This document shows, one piece after another, positions 1-8,456 of a stretch of 38,303 bases of DNA. Both the position numbers and the translations under genes were made by a program. The first letter of the stretch is position 1; each line of letters begins with the position of its first letter. The stretch spans positions 1 to 38,303 of the forward strand of contig JANMZB010000061.1 in the NCBI GenBank assembly GCA_031382725.1, given 5' to 3'. The notes below the pieces were generated by a model, which was given only the letters and a program-made list of their open reading frames with translations, was not told the origin of the DNA and searched no databases. The DNA is from Sphingobacteriaceae bacterium (GTDB lineage: Bacteria; Bacteroidota; Bacteroidia; Sphingobacteriales; Sphingobacteriaceae).

Positions 1-655
1 TATCGCGTCCCATACCACCTAAGTGATCGTAATGTGCAGTAATCACAATTAATGAGTCGGGATTTAATTTCCCCCTAATAATACCACAAACATTGTTTGC
101 CTTGAAATGACTAATTACTTTATTCTCAATATCTATATTAACGTCTTTGGGGGCACATTTAATAGCCTTTTTATCAATTTTTATGGACGTATATTTCAAA
201 GCCCATTGCGAAACCGACCAGGTAAGCTTGTCTTCCAATGAAACAACGATACGGTGTTTATCATCCTGAAAATGGTTACTATCCGTTTTTACAAGTTTAG
301 TATTGATTTTAGCGCCCTTGCTTTCAGCACCTACGATATAGTCTTTTCCGGGTTGTAGTTGTTGGCCGTTAATCGAGACTTTCATCTCGCCTGGGAAGGT
401 GTTAACCTGAAAAGAAAATTCTTGGAAGTAAGAATCCTCTTTCAAAGGCTTTAATCCGTACGAACGAAGCTCATTTTTAAGAAAGTCAGCAGTTATCTTA
501 AGTCCGTCTTTAGTGTATCCACGCCCCCAAAATTTTGGCGAGGACAAAGTATCAACCATCTTGCGGGCAAAGGCAATATCCTGACTGTAAGCCGTAGGAC
601 CTATAATCATGAGAATGAAAATGATTTTAAGCTTTTTGAGAGATCGGCTTTTCAT
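1..655 (-). CDS. M28 family Zn aminopeptidase, secreted (partial, runs off the left edge)
   Basis: Manual translation from ATG at 655: MKSRSLKKLKIIFILMIIGPTAYSQD (signal-like)...FWGRGY...NNVCGIIRG...LIVITAHYDHLGGMG, which carries the M28 AHYDH motif. Not in the ORF track. Confidence 0.88.
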   Translation of the reverse strand, partial: MKSRSLKKLKIIFILMIIGPTAYSQDIAFARKMVDTLSSPKFWGRGYTKDGLKITADFLKNELRSYGLKPLKEDSYFQEFSFQVNTFPGEMKVSINGQQLQPGKDYIVGAESKGAKINTKLVKTDSNHFQDDKHRIVVSLEDKLTWSVSQWALKYTSIKIDKKAIKCAPKDVNIDIENKVISHFKANNVCGIIRGKLNPDSLIVITAHYDHLGGMGRD

Positions 656-751
656 TTTTCTATTTTCTATAGGATAAACATGCATGAAGATAGTTTAATA
701 ATGCTTAAATATTCAACCTACCAAAGCAGTCGCTTTACTTAGATAATTCGT

Positions 752-1636
752 TTAATTGCGAGAATTGTTTCTATAGGTTCCTGGAGATATGCCCATATGC
801 TTTTTGAATAGCCTTGAAAAATAAAATGGGTCTTCAATGCCAATGCTTAAAGCAATCTCGTTAATACGAAGCTCACCAAAATGAAGCAATTGACAAGATT
901 TTTGAATTCTCAAATGATTGAAATATTCTATGGGAGAATAACCGGTATCCTGCTTAAATTTTCTCGAGAAAAAAGAAGCCGATAGCTGCGCTTCTTGAGC
1001 AATATTATCCAGTGTAAGTGTATTTGAAAGATTTTTCTGCATAAAATCGATTGCTTTGTCAATTGCATTATTCTTAAAATCGCTATCAGCATTCACTTTA
1101 AAATTTTCAGGAGCAATGATAGTTGCCAGATAATACTGAAAGGTTAGGTTAGCAAACAAAAGATTGGTGGCACTATATCCTTTTAAAAGAGTTGAGGTTA
1201 TTTGCTTAAACAAGGCATTCCGCTCCTCCGAAAAACCAATTTGAAGCACATCGGGACGATTTACGTTACCAGAGAAAGCACTGGCAATTTCATCCCGTAA
1301 ACTTCCTCCTAAATGAAACCAGTAAATTGTCCACGGATTTGAAGATACAGCACCATAAGAATGCGGTACCCCTGAAGGTATAATACAAATCTCCCCAGCT
1401 CCTATCGCTGCTTTTTTCTTCTGTAACTGGATCCATCCTTTGCCATCAACACAATAGATTATGATTACCTGCGATATTCCAATAGGTCTTTGAAAATAGT
1501 GATGAAGTGCTTTTGGGTAGAAACCCATCCTTGAAATAAAAAGACTTTTAATTAAAGGCAACTTTAAGCATTGGTTCTGAATTGATTGGGGTATATCTAT
1601 AATAACTTCGCCTTCAAATCCCTGACTTTTTTTCAT
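752..1636 (-). CDS. AraC family transcriptional regulator (cupin ligand-binding domain + double HTH)
   Basis: N-terminal HSYGA...PWTIYWFH cupin; C-terminal LSASFFSRKFK...SPIEY...IALSIGIEDPFYFSRLFKKHMGISP AraC signature. Start is probably the ATG at 1636. Confidence 0.93.
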   Translation of the reverse strand: MKKSQGFEGEVIIDIPQSIQNQCLKLPLIKSLFISRMGFYPKALHHYFQRPIGISQVIIIYCVDGKGWIQLQKKKAAIGAGEICIIPSGVPHSYGAVSSNPWTIYWFHLGGSLRDEIASAFSGNVNRPDVLQIGFSEERNALFKQITSTLLKGYSATNLLFANLTFQYYLATIIAPENFKVNADSDFKNNAIDKAIDFMQKNLSNTLTLDNIAQEAQLSASFFSRKFKQDTGYSPIEYFNHLRIQKSCQLLHFGELRINEIALSIGIEDPFYFSRLFKKHMGISPGTYRNNSRN

Positions 1637-1660
1637 ACTCACTTTCAAAAATTATCTAAG

Positions 1661-1695
1661 ATAAAATAATCCATGTTTAAAATAAGATAATACAG
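1661..1695 (+). promoter_or_regulatory. Putative tandem AraC half-sites
   Basis: ATAAAATAATCCAT (1661-1674) and ATAAGATAATACAG (1682-1695): 11/14 identical, 21-bp period, between divergent araC and the dioxygenase gene. Confidence 0.6.
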
Positions 1696-1722
1696 CTGAA
1701 ATTTATAAAAATAGTTGAAATT

Positions 1723-1730
1723 TAAATTTG
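1723..1730 (+). promoter_or_regulatory. Bacteroidota -7 promoter element for the dioxygenase-transporter operon
   Basis: TAAATTTG matches TAnnTTTG and lies ~46 bp before the ATG at 1777. Confidence 0.6.
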
Positions 1731-1776
1731 CATGCAAATGCATGCACAAAGCCAATAACCTTTAAAATATCGAAAC

Positions 1777-2601
1777 ATGGAAAAATCCTATTTAAGTCCA
1801 GAGCAAGTTAATGCCTTCAATAAAGACGGCTATATCATTGTGCCTGGCTTTTTCAATGACGCAGAAGTTGCAAAGCTTTATAAAGTTGCAATTGAAGACG
1901 ATGCTGTAAGCAAAAATTCTTACGACATGGTTGATAAGTCGGGCAGGAAATCGAAACTCGCCTTGTGGTATACCCCTGGAGAAGATACCTACGGCTTGCT
2001 AACCCGTAGCGAACGTATGGTTAAATCCGTGGATCAACTTTTAGACGGAGATTCTGCAGTTTGTCACTTTCATTCTAAATTAATGCAGAAAGAGCCACGT
2101 GTTGGCGGGGCTTGGGAATGGCATCAGGATTATGGCTATTGGTACAAAAATGAATTTTTATTGCCTGACCAGCTTATCTCAGTGATGGTAGCTGTTACTA
2201 AAGCGACCAAAGAAAATGGCTGCCTTCAGGTTATAAAAGGTTCGCACAAAATGGGTCGTATTGAGCATGGCATAACTGGCGAACAAAATGGTGCAGCTCA
2301 ACACTATGTAGACCTATCCCTAAAAACAATGGAACTTGTTTATGTAGAATTAAACCCGGGCGATGCGCTATTCTTCCATAGCAATTTGCTACATCGCTCC
2401 GAGGCAAATCTATCCGACGCACCAAGATGGAGTATGATATCCTGCTATAACAGGCAAGAAAATAAACCATATAATGAGAAATCGTTATCCTGCGTTACCC
2501 CTATTTCGATGGTTCCAAACAAGGCATTGCTTGATACAGATGCCCATGGACTGGTTAGCAGGGATTTCCTGGACAAAGAAAGTGATGTATCCATTAAATA
2601 A
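1777..2601 (+). CDS. PhyH-family Fe(II)/2-oxoglutarate dioxygenase
   Basis: WEWHQD (HxD), ENGCLQVIKGSH, PGDALFFHSNLLHRS (distal His), then PRWS (2OG-binding Arg). Confidence 0.92.
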   Translation: MEKSYLSPEQVNAFNKDGYIIVPGFFNDAEVAKLYKVAIEDDAVSKNSYDMVDKSGRKSKLALWYTPGEDTYGLLTRSERMVKSVDQLLDGDSAVCHFHSKLMQKEPRVGGAWEWHQDYGYWYKNEFLLPDQLISVMVAVTKATKENGCLQVIKGSHKMGRIEHGITGEQNGAAQHYVDLSLKTMELVYVELNPGDALFFHSNLLHRSEANLSDAPRWSMISCYNRQENKPYNEKSLSCVTPISMVPNKALLDTDAHGLVSRDFLDKESDVSIK

Positions 2602-2609
2602 ATAGATAC

Positions 2610-3986
2610 ATGGCAATTATAACGCATTCAACTTCAACAACAGAGCGAAGCAAAGCTCAGGTTAATTACAAATATCTTTATCCAGTTAGTGCTGTGGTGG
2701 CATTGGGCGGGGTTTTATTTGGATTCGACCTTGTAATCATTTCGGGAACGGTCCCTTTCTTTACCAAGTATTTTAATTTGAATGAATATTCAACTGGTTG
2801 GGCCGTGGGAGGCATTAATCTTGGAGCAGCAGCTGGCGCTGTAGCTGCCGGAAAGCTAAGCGATGTGCTGGGAAGAAAAAAGTTGCTCATTTTATGTGCA
2901 TTTCTTTTTGCCGTTACAGGGATAGCAACAGGGTGGGCAGATACATTTACACTTTTTATTATTGCCCGATTATTAAGCGGAGTGGCCGTTGGGGTCGCGG
3001 CTTTGGTTTGCCCAATGTATATCGCAGAAATTGCTCCATCTTCCATTCGTGGGAGATTGGTAACATTGTATCAATTAGCCATTGTAACCGGCCTTTTGCT
3101 TGCATATTTATCTAACTACGCTTTATTAAATACCGGAGTAAATAATTGGCGATGGATGTTTTCTTCCCAAGCTATTCCTTCGCTTTTATTTTTCTTTGGG
3201 CTTTTCTTGGTTCCTGAAAGCCCAAGATGGTTAATCAAAAAGAAGAAAACGGCCGAATCTTTTGAAGTTTTACAAAAGATTGGTGGTAAAGATTATGCCC
3301 AGGATGAAACCGACGATATTGAGTTCAGCCTGAAAAATGAAACCAAAGAACATATTAGAGATTTGTTCAAACCGGATGTAAAACATATCATTTTTATCGG
3401 AATTATGGTTGCGGTCTTTTCACAGGCGGATGGGCAAAACTCGCTATTTTCCTACGCACCGCAAATCTTTGCTCAAGCCGGAATAGCCGAGGATACAGCA
3501 TTTTTGCAATCGGTTATTCTTGGAGCAATCAATTTTATATTCACATTCATCGCTATATTCTCTATTGATAAAATTGGCAGAAAAAAGCTTTTAACCTATG
3601 GTTCGGCACTTTTATGCCTGGATGCCCTAATCCTTGCTTATTGCTTTTACGCCGGGGCGGCATCCTATTGGATATTGATATTTGTTTTGGCATTCATCGC
3701 GATTTATGGCGCAACATTGGGGCCGGTTACTTGGGTCCTATTATCTGAAATTTTTCCTAATCGAATCCGGGGAAATGCAATGGCACTTGCCACTCTATCT
3801 TTATGAATAGCCAACTTTTTCACTACAGCCTCGTTTCCAATACTTAAAGAAAATTTCGGCTTACCTATAACATTTGCCATCCACGCTGGCATCTGCTTCA
3901 TTTACTTCCTGTATGTTCGCACAAGAATTCCAGAAACAAAAGGTAAGTCCTTAGAAGAGATTGAAAAACTATTGGTAAAGCGGTAA
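2610..3986 (+). pseudogene. Sugar porter (SP) family MFS transporter interrupted by an in-frame TGA at 3804-3806
   Basis: SP motifs LFGFD, DVLGRK, PMYIAE, PESPRWL, GPVTWVLLSEIFP. After ATLSL-TGA the frame continues for 59 codons (IANFFTTASFP...IPETKGKSLEEIEKLLVKR) to TAA at 3986, including the conserved PETKG motif. Confidence 0.85.
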
Positions 3987-3995
3987 TTTTTATGC

Positions 3996-4033
3996 AAAAA
4001 AATAGAGCTTCTCGTGTGTAGGAAGCTCTATTT
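3996..4033 (-). terminator. Intrinsic terminator (probably bidirectional)
   Basis: AAATAGAGCTTC (4000-4011) / GAAGCTCTATTT (4022-4033) inverted repeat; the longer U tract is on the minus strand, downstream of the tRNA-like gene. Confidence 0.8.
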
Positions 4034-4063
4034 AAAACTAACCAATAAACATAAATTATGAAA

Positions 4064-4176
4064 GGGCTGTAGGGGAAGGAATCGAACCTCCAAGGAGTGG
4101 TTATCCCGTTACCGGATTCCCAGATTCTCCGCCACCGAGACAAGGAGGTGTGTCTGCCAGTTTCACCACCCTACAG
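4064..4176 (-). ncRNA. Atypical tRNA-like RNA (anticodon GUC/Asp, enlarged 40-nt variable domain)
   Basis: Minus strand folds as (C)TGTAGGG TG GTG-AAACTGGCAGA-CAC A CCTCC-TTGTCTC-GGTGG [40 nt] GGAGG-TTCGATT-CCTTC CCCTACA G CCC. T loop is canonical and the D loop has GG. No encoded CCA. Confidence 0.85.
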
Positions 4177-4208
4177 TTTGGCCTGCTCGTTAAACGAAAT
4201 CAGTAACA

Positions 4209-4239
4209 CAAATGTAAAGCTGGCGACATTACCTTACAA
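4209..4239 (-). promoter_or_regulatory. Housekeeping-sigma promoter of the tRNA-like gene
   Basis: Minus strand TTG (4239-4237), 20-nt spacer, TACATTTG (4216-4209); fits the Bacteroidota -33/-7 consensus. Confidence 0.75.
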
Positions 4240-4465
4240 GTATTTTAAATAAAAACTAGTATTTTTAAAGAAAACGTAATTCTGAAACTTTATTTTAACA
4301 TACTCTTAATAAACACTTCTTATTAGGCATATTATTGCCATTTTATTAATAGACAATACTTCAACCCTTAATAATTGTAACTAGTTTTTGTCATAAAGCC
4401 GTTATATCCTACCATTAATTCCCAGAATCTTATCCAACTAAGTAAATTGCGCCTTTAATCAAAAC

Positions 4466-6322
4466 ATGGCAAAAGTTTCAATTAATATCGCAACAGGTTC
4501 TATTCAAAAAGAAGATATCATTGTGGGTATTGATTTGGGCACCACAAATAGCCTTGTAGCATTTATCAACCCTGAAAATAACGCTCAAGTAATTAATGAT
4601 GCCGGTAAAGGTGTTTTAGTACCCTCAATTGTACACTTTAATATTGATGGAAGTGTAGTTGTTGGAAATGAGGCGAAAGAATTTCTAATCCAGGATCCAC
4701 AAAATACCATCTTTTCTGTAAAAAGATTACTGGGTCGCTCCTACCATGATATCGAAAGTCATAAGGATTTCTTTTCCTACAAAGTAATAGACGACAATAC
4801 AGAGAGACTGGTTAAGATAAAAGTTGGCGATCGCTTCTTTACGCCAATAGAACTTTCGGCGATGATCTTAAAAGAACTAAAAGACCGCGCCGAGCATGCT
4901 TTGAAAACACCGGTAAATCGCGCGGTAATTACAGTACCCGCTTATTTCAACGATAGTCAGCGACAAGCTACACGCGATGCAGGTAAACTTGCCGGTTTAG
5001 ATGTACTTAGAATTGTAAACGAACCTACTGCTGCAAGCCTGGCTTACGGTATCGGGTTAAACCCGGATGAAGAAAAAATTATAGCTGTGTATGACTTGGG
5101 GGGTGGAACGTTTGATGTTTCTATCCTGAAAATACAAAATGGCATTTTTGAAGTGCTTTCTACCAACGGTAATACTTTTTTAGGTGGCGATGATTTTGAC
5201 CGGGTAATAGTTAATTATTGGATCGAGCAGAACAAATTAAACCGGGAAGAAACCGTACAAGATTTTGAACTTATGCAAGGTCTCCGCTTAAAAGCGGAGG
5301 AAGCTAAAAAAGCTTTAAGCACGCAAAATATTTTTAATGGAAATGTCGGACAAATTCCATGTGCCATTACCAGGCAAACGTTTGAAGAATTGATTTTGCC
5401 TAAAGTTGAAGAAACCATTAAAGCTTGCCAGAATGCATTGAATGACGCTGGACTTAGCACTTCGGATATTCACGAAATTGTAATGGTTGGCGGCTCTACA
5501 AGGACACCTCTTGTGAAAAAATCCATTTCGGATTTCTTCGGGAAAGAAGTTCACGATCAAATTAATCCGGATGAAGTAGTGGCATTAGGTGCTGCTATAC
5601 AAGCCGATATTTTGGCCGGAAACCGTAAAGACATTCTCTTACTTGATGTTACCCCGCTCTCACTAGGCATTGAAACGATGGGCGGATTAATGGACGTCAT
5701 TATCCCCCGCAACTCAAAAGTACCAACCAAAGCAGGGAGACAATACACCACATCCATCGACGGACAAGTCAACATGAAAATCTCTGTTTTCCAGGGTGAA
5801 CGTGATCTGGTAAAAGAAAATCGTAAGCTGGCAGAATTTGATCTGAAAGGCATACCTGCAATGCCTGCAGGTTTCCCAAAAGTAGATATCAACTTTCTTT
5901 TAAATGCTGATGGTATTCTAAAAATTCAGGCGGTGGAGTTACGCTCGGGGGTAAAACAGGAGGTTGATATAAAACCAACTTATGGCTTAACAGATCAGGA
6001 AGTTGAAAAAATGCTTTTCGATTCAATCACCCATGCTAAAGAAGACGTATCTCAACGGATGATTATCGAAGCCCGAACAGAAGGAGAACAGATGGTTTAT
6101 ACTGCCGAAAGATTTATTGAAAAAAATAAAGTCTACTTTACAGCTGAAGAAATAAGCCAGACGCAAACCTTTATTCAGTTGCTTAAGGAAACTCTCACTT
6201 CCGGAGATAAAGATTTAATTCATAAAAAGATTGATGAATTAAATGAATTCACACGCCCTTTTGCCGAGCGTTTGATGGATCAGGCCATCGGACATGCGAT
6301 GAAGGGAAAGGCGATAGAATAA
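4466..6322 (+). CDS. hscA: Fe-S assembly Hsp70 chaperone HscA
   Basis: [25 protein letters not shown]; [20 protein letters not shown] and PFAERLMD are HscA-type rather than DnaK-type. Confidence 0.9.
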   Translation: MAKVSINIATGSIQKEDIIVGIDLGTTNSLVAFINPENNAQVINDAGKGVLVPSIVHFNIDGSVVVGNEAKEFLIQDPQNTIFSVKRLLGRSYHDIESHKDFFSYKVIDDNTERLVKIKVGDRFFTPIELSAMILKELKDRAEHALKTPVNRAVITVPAYFNDSQRQATRDAGKLAGLDVLRIVNEPTAASLAYGIGLNPDEEKIIAVYDLGGGTFDVSILKIQNGIFEVLSTNGNTFLGGDDFDRVIVNYWIEQNKLNREETVQDFELMQGLRLKAEEAKKALSTQNIFNGNVGQIPCAITRQTFEELILPKVEETIKACQNALNDAGLSTSDIHEIVMVGGSTRTPLVKKSISDFFGKEVHDQINPDEVVALGAAIQADILAGNRKDILLLDVTPLSLGIETMGGLMDVIIPRNSKVPTKAGRQYTTSIDGQVNMKISVFQGERDLVKENRKLAEFDLKGIPAMPAGFPKVDINFLLNADGILKIQAVELRSGVKQEVDIKPTYGLTDQEVEKMLFDSITHAKEDVSQRMIIEARTEGEQMVYTAERFIEKNKVYFTAEEISQTQTFIQLLKETLTSGDKDLIHKKIDELNEFTRPFAERLMDQAIGHAMKGKAIE

Positions 6323-6391
6323 GACTTGTTAAACATGTTTAGTGTTGCCTCGAAGTATGAATCGTTGCGCATGTATTTTATATTGTTGTCC

Positions 6392-6520
6392 GCTCTCTGC
6401 CGCGGGGGCATCCTACTTTTTTCTTAACAAAAAAGTAGGCAAAAAGTCAAGAAAAGAAATATGCTTCCACTACACAAGGCAAAACACCCTGGCCCGCATT
6501 TCTTTTCAGCCCCACCCGCC
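6392..6520. repeat. Structured intergenic element (hairpin + pseudoknot + 10-bp stem); candidate dispersed repeat or ncRNA
   Basis: CCTACTTTTTT (6412-6422)/AAAAAAGTAGG (6429-6439); loop CTTAAC complementary to 6446-6451; GAAAAGAAAT (6451-6460)/ATTTCTTTTC (6498-6507). Only one copy is in this window. Confidence 0.5.
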
Positions 6521-6634
6521 CGGATTTCACGGTTAATCCAATCGCTTAAACACACGACTTGCTAATTTCCAGATTTTACAACCTATTCGATGTTGCTCGA
6601 AAATTTTAATTACAATCTGTAATTTCGCGACATC

Positions 6635-7387
6635 TTGTTCGAACTTTTCTCTTATAATCTCAGCTTTAACGATTGGATGCTTATTAGCGTGGTAGCACTC
6701 CTTACCGGGATGTCGAAAACTGGTGTGCATGGTGCAGGGATGCTTTCTGCTCCGTTACTGGCCTTGGTTTTTGGAGGACATAATTCCAGTGGCATTATTC
6801 TGCCAATGTTAATTATAGCTGACACTTTTGGAGTGTGGTATTATCACCGTCATGCCTCATGGAAACATTTAACATTACTATTTCCCTGGGCTATTCTGGG
6901 GATAATTGCCGGAACTTTCGCCGGAACATATATTGATGATAAAGTTTTCAAAATGATTATGGCGATTACCATCTTCGTCAGCATCCCTTTAATGCTTTGG
7001 TTAAAGCTGGGACACAAAGACGATATTCCGAAAACAGGATGGTTCTCGGTGACTACTGGCATTACAGGAGGATTTACTTCGATGGTTGGAAACCTGGCTG
7101 GAACCGTAATGGCTGTATATTTTCTTGCTGCTCGTTTACCTAAAAACGTTTACATTGGCACCACAGCATGGTTTTTTTTAGTGATCAACTGCATGAAAAT
7201 TCCTTTTCATATTTACAGCTGGCATACCATATCTGTTAACGCGGTTCTACTATCTCTAAGTTTACTGCCGATAATTCTTCTGGGCGCAATAACGGGTATC
7301 TATATTATCAAAAGAATCCCGGAGAAATTTTACCGCTCATTTATTATCAGTATGACAGTTCTTGCAGCAATATTTATGCTGTTTTAG
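6635..7387 (+). CDS. TSUP/TauE-SafE family membrane transporter
   Basis: About 8 hydrophobic segments; GMSKTGVHGAG and GGFTSMVGNLAG repeat motifs; TTG start. Confidence 0.85.
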   Translation: MFELFSYNLSFNDWMLISVVALLTGMSKTGVHGAGMLSAPLLALVFGGHNSSGIILPMLIIADTFGVWYYHRHASWKHLTLLFPWAILGIIAGTFAGTYIDDKVFKMIMAITIFVSIPLMLWLKLGHKDDIPKTGWFSVTTGITGGFTSMVGNLAGTVMAVYFLAARLPKNVYIGTTAWFFLVINCMKIPFHIYSWHTISVNAVLLSLSLLPIILLGAITGIYIIKRIPEKFYRSFIISMTVLAAIFMLF

Positions 7388-8441
7388 ACAGCTCTTTCTT
7401 CTTGCGCTCGTTTTTTAAATAGCTTAATAACACTTTCTCATCAACGTTTATTGAGGTATCTGCTGCCGCAGGAAGTATGTTTTTTACTTTTTTGAGATAA
7501 GGATAAAGCGTTCCACTCTCGAACGATTCAATAAGCGGGGGGAATACGTAGTATTTTTTACAAACGGTTCGGGTATTTCCAAGTTTAGATGAAACCTCGT
7601 CGAGCATTGCAACCGTAATTTTTTTACGTTTAGATTCAGAGTCCGTCAATTCATATCCCGAATAAATCCTTAAAGCCTCGAGAGAACCAAACCAGGTTCT
7701 GAAATCTTTTGCTGTAAAATCGCAACAGGTAATTTCTTTAATATAACGATTAATCATTCCTGAATCAATCGACCTGCGATCACCTCCCGGTGTGTAATAT
7801 TGAAAAAGTTCCTGCCCTGGAATATCACGGCACTTTTTTACAAGCTTGGCAAGAATTTTATCATTCAGGTCAATATCATGCATTACGCCTTTCTTTCCCT
7901 TAAAAGACAACTTTATGTTGCTGCCCTCAACTTTTATATGTTTATCCCGTAAGGTACTTAAGCCATAAGAACCGTATAGCTGTTTGTAAGATTCATTGCC
8001 AATCCTGATAAGGGTTTTTTCCATTAAGCTAATTGAAATAGACAAAACTTTACGCTCGTCCATTTCCCTCCTTTTTAAATCTTTTTGAAGGTTTTTCCTG
8101 AATTCTGGGAGCTTCTTGCCAAACTCAAGCAAACGATAAAACTTGTTTTCGTTTCTGGATTTTGCCCAGTCGGTATGATAACGATATTGTTTTCGGCCAG
8201 CCTGATCTATTCCTGTAGCTTGTAAATGAGCATTAGCTTTTGGGGCAATCCAAACATTTTGCCATGCGGGCGGAAGCACCAGTTTTTTTACACGATCTAA
8301 TATTTTACTATCAGAAACTTCTTCGCCTTTCTGATTGAGATATTTAAAACCACTTTTTACCACCTCCCTCGTAATACCAGGACTGGCATCAGTTAAATAA
8401 ATAAGATTGTTCTCTTCGAGCAGGAGTTCGGTATCACTCAT
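7374..8441 (-). CDS. DNA topoisomerase IB (bacterial, poxvirus-like)
   Basis: LPPAWQNVWI, GRKQYRY, IRIGN, FKGKKG, TAKDFRTW, LGNTRTVCKKYYV (catalytic R/K/R/N/Y set). Confidence 0.93.
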   Translation of the reverse strand: MSDTELLLEENNLIYLTDASPGITREVVKSGFKYLNQKGEEVSDSKILDRVKKLVLPPAWQNVWIAPKANAHLQATGIDQAGRKQYRYHTDWAKSRNENKFYRLLEFGKKLPEFRKNLQKDLKRREMDERKVLSISISLMEKTLIRIGNESYKQLYGSYGLSTLRDKHIKVEGSNIKLSFKGKKGVMHDIDLNDKILAKLVKKCRDIPGQELFQYYTPGGDRRSIDSGMINRYIKEITCCDFTAKDFRTWFGSLEALRIYSGYELTDSESKRKKITVAMLDEVSSKLGNTRTVCKKYYVFPPLIESFESGTLYPYLKKVKNILPAAADTSINVDEKVLLSYLKNERKKKELSKTA

Positions 8442-8456
8442 ACTCCCTTAAAACAA

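Noticed and set aside
3898-4143. 81-aa minus-strand ORF
   Set aside because: Overlaps the tRNA-like gene, its terminator and the transporter tail; no recognisable protein features.
3804-4176. Selenocysteine or opal-suppressor system (in-frame TGA beside a long-armed, possibly 8/5 tRNA)
   Set aside because: The anticodon is GUC not UCA, the D arm is not the long Sec type, the TGA falls at a Trp-type TM position, and there is no clear SECIS hairpin or selA/selB/selD in the window.
4064-4176. Integration site (att) or island boundary at the tRNA-like gene
   Set aside because: No integrase and no duplicated 3' fragment was noticed in the window.
4466-6322. dnaK call
   Set aside because: C-terminal motifs are HscA-type and there is no acidic DnaK tail.
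6342-6536. 64-aa ORF after hscA
   Set aside because: Translation of the structured non-coding element; GTG start and atypical composition.
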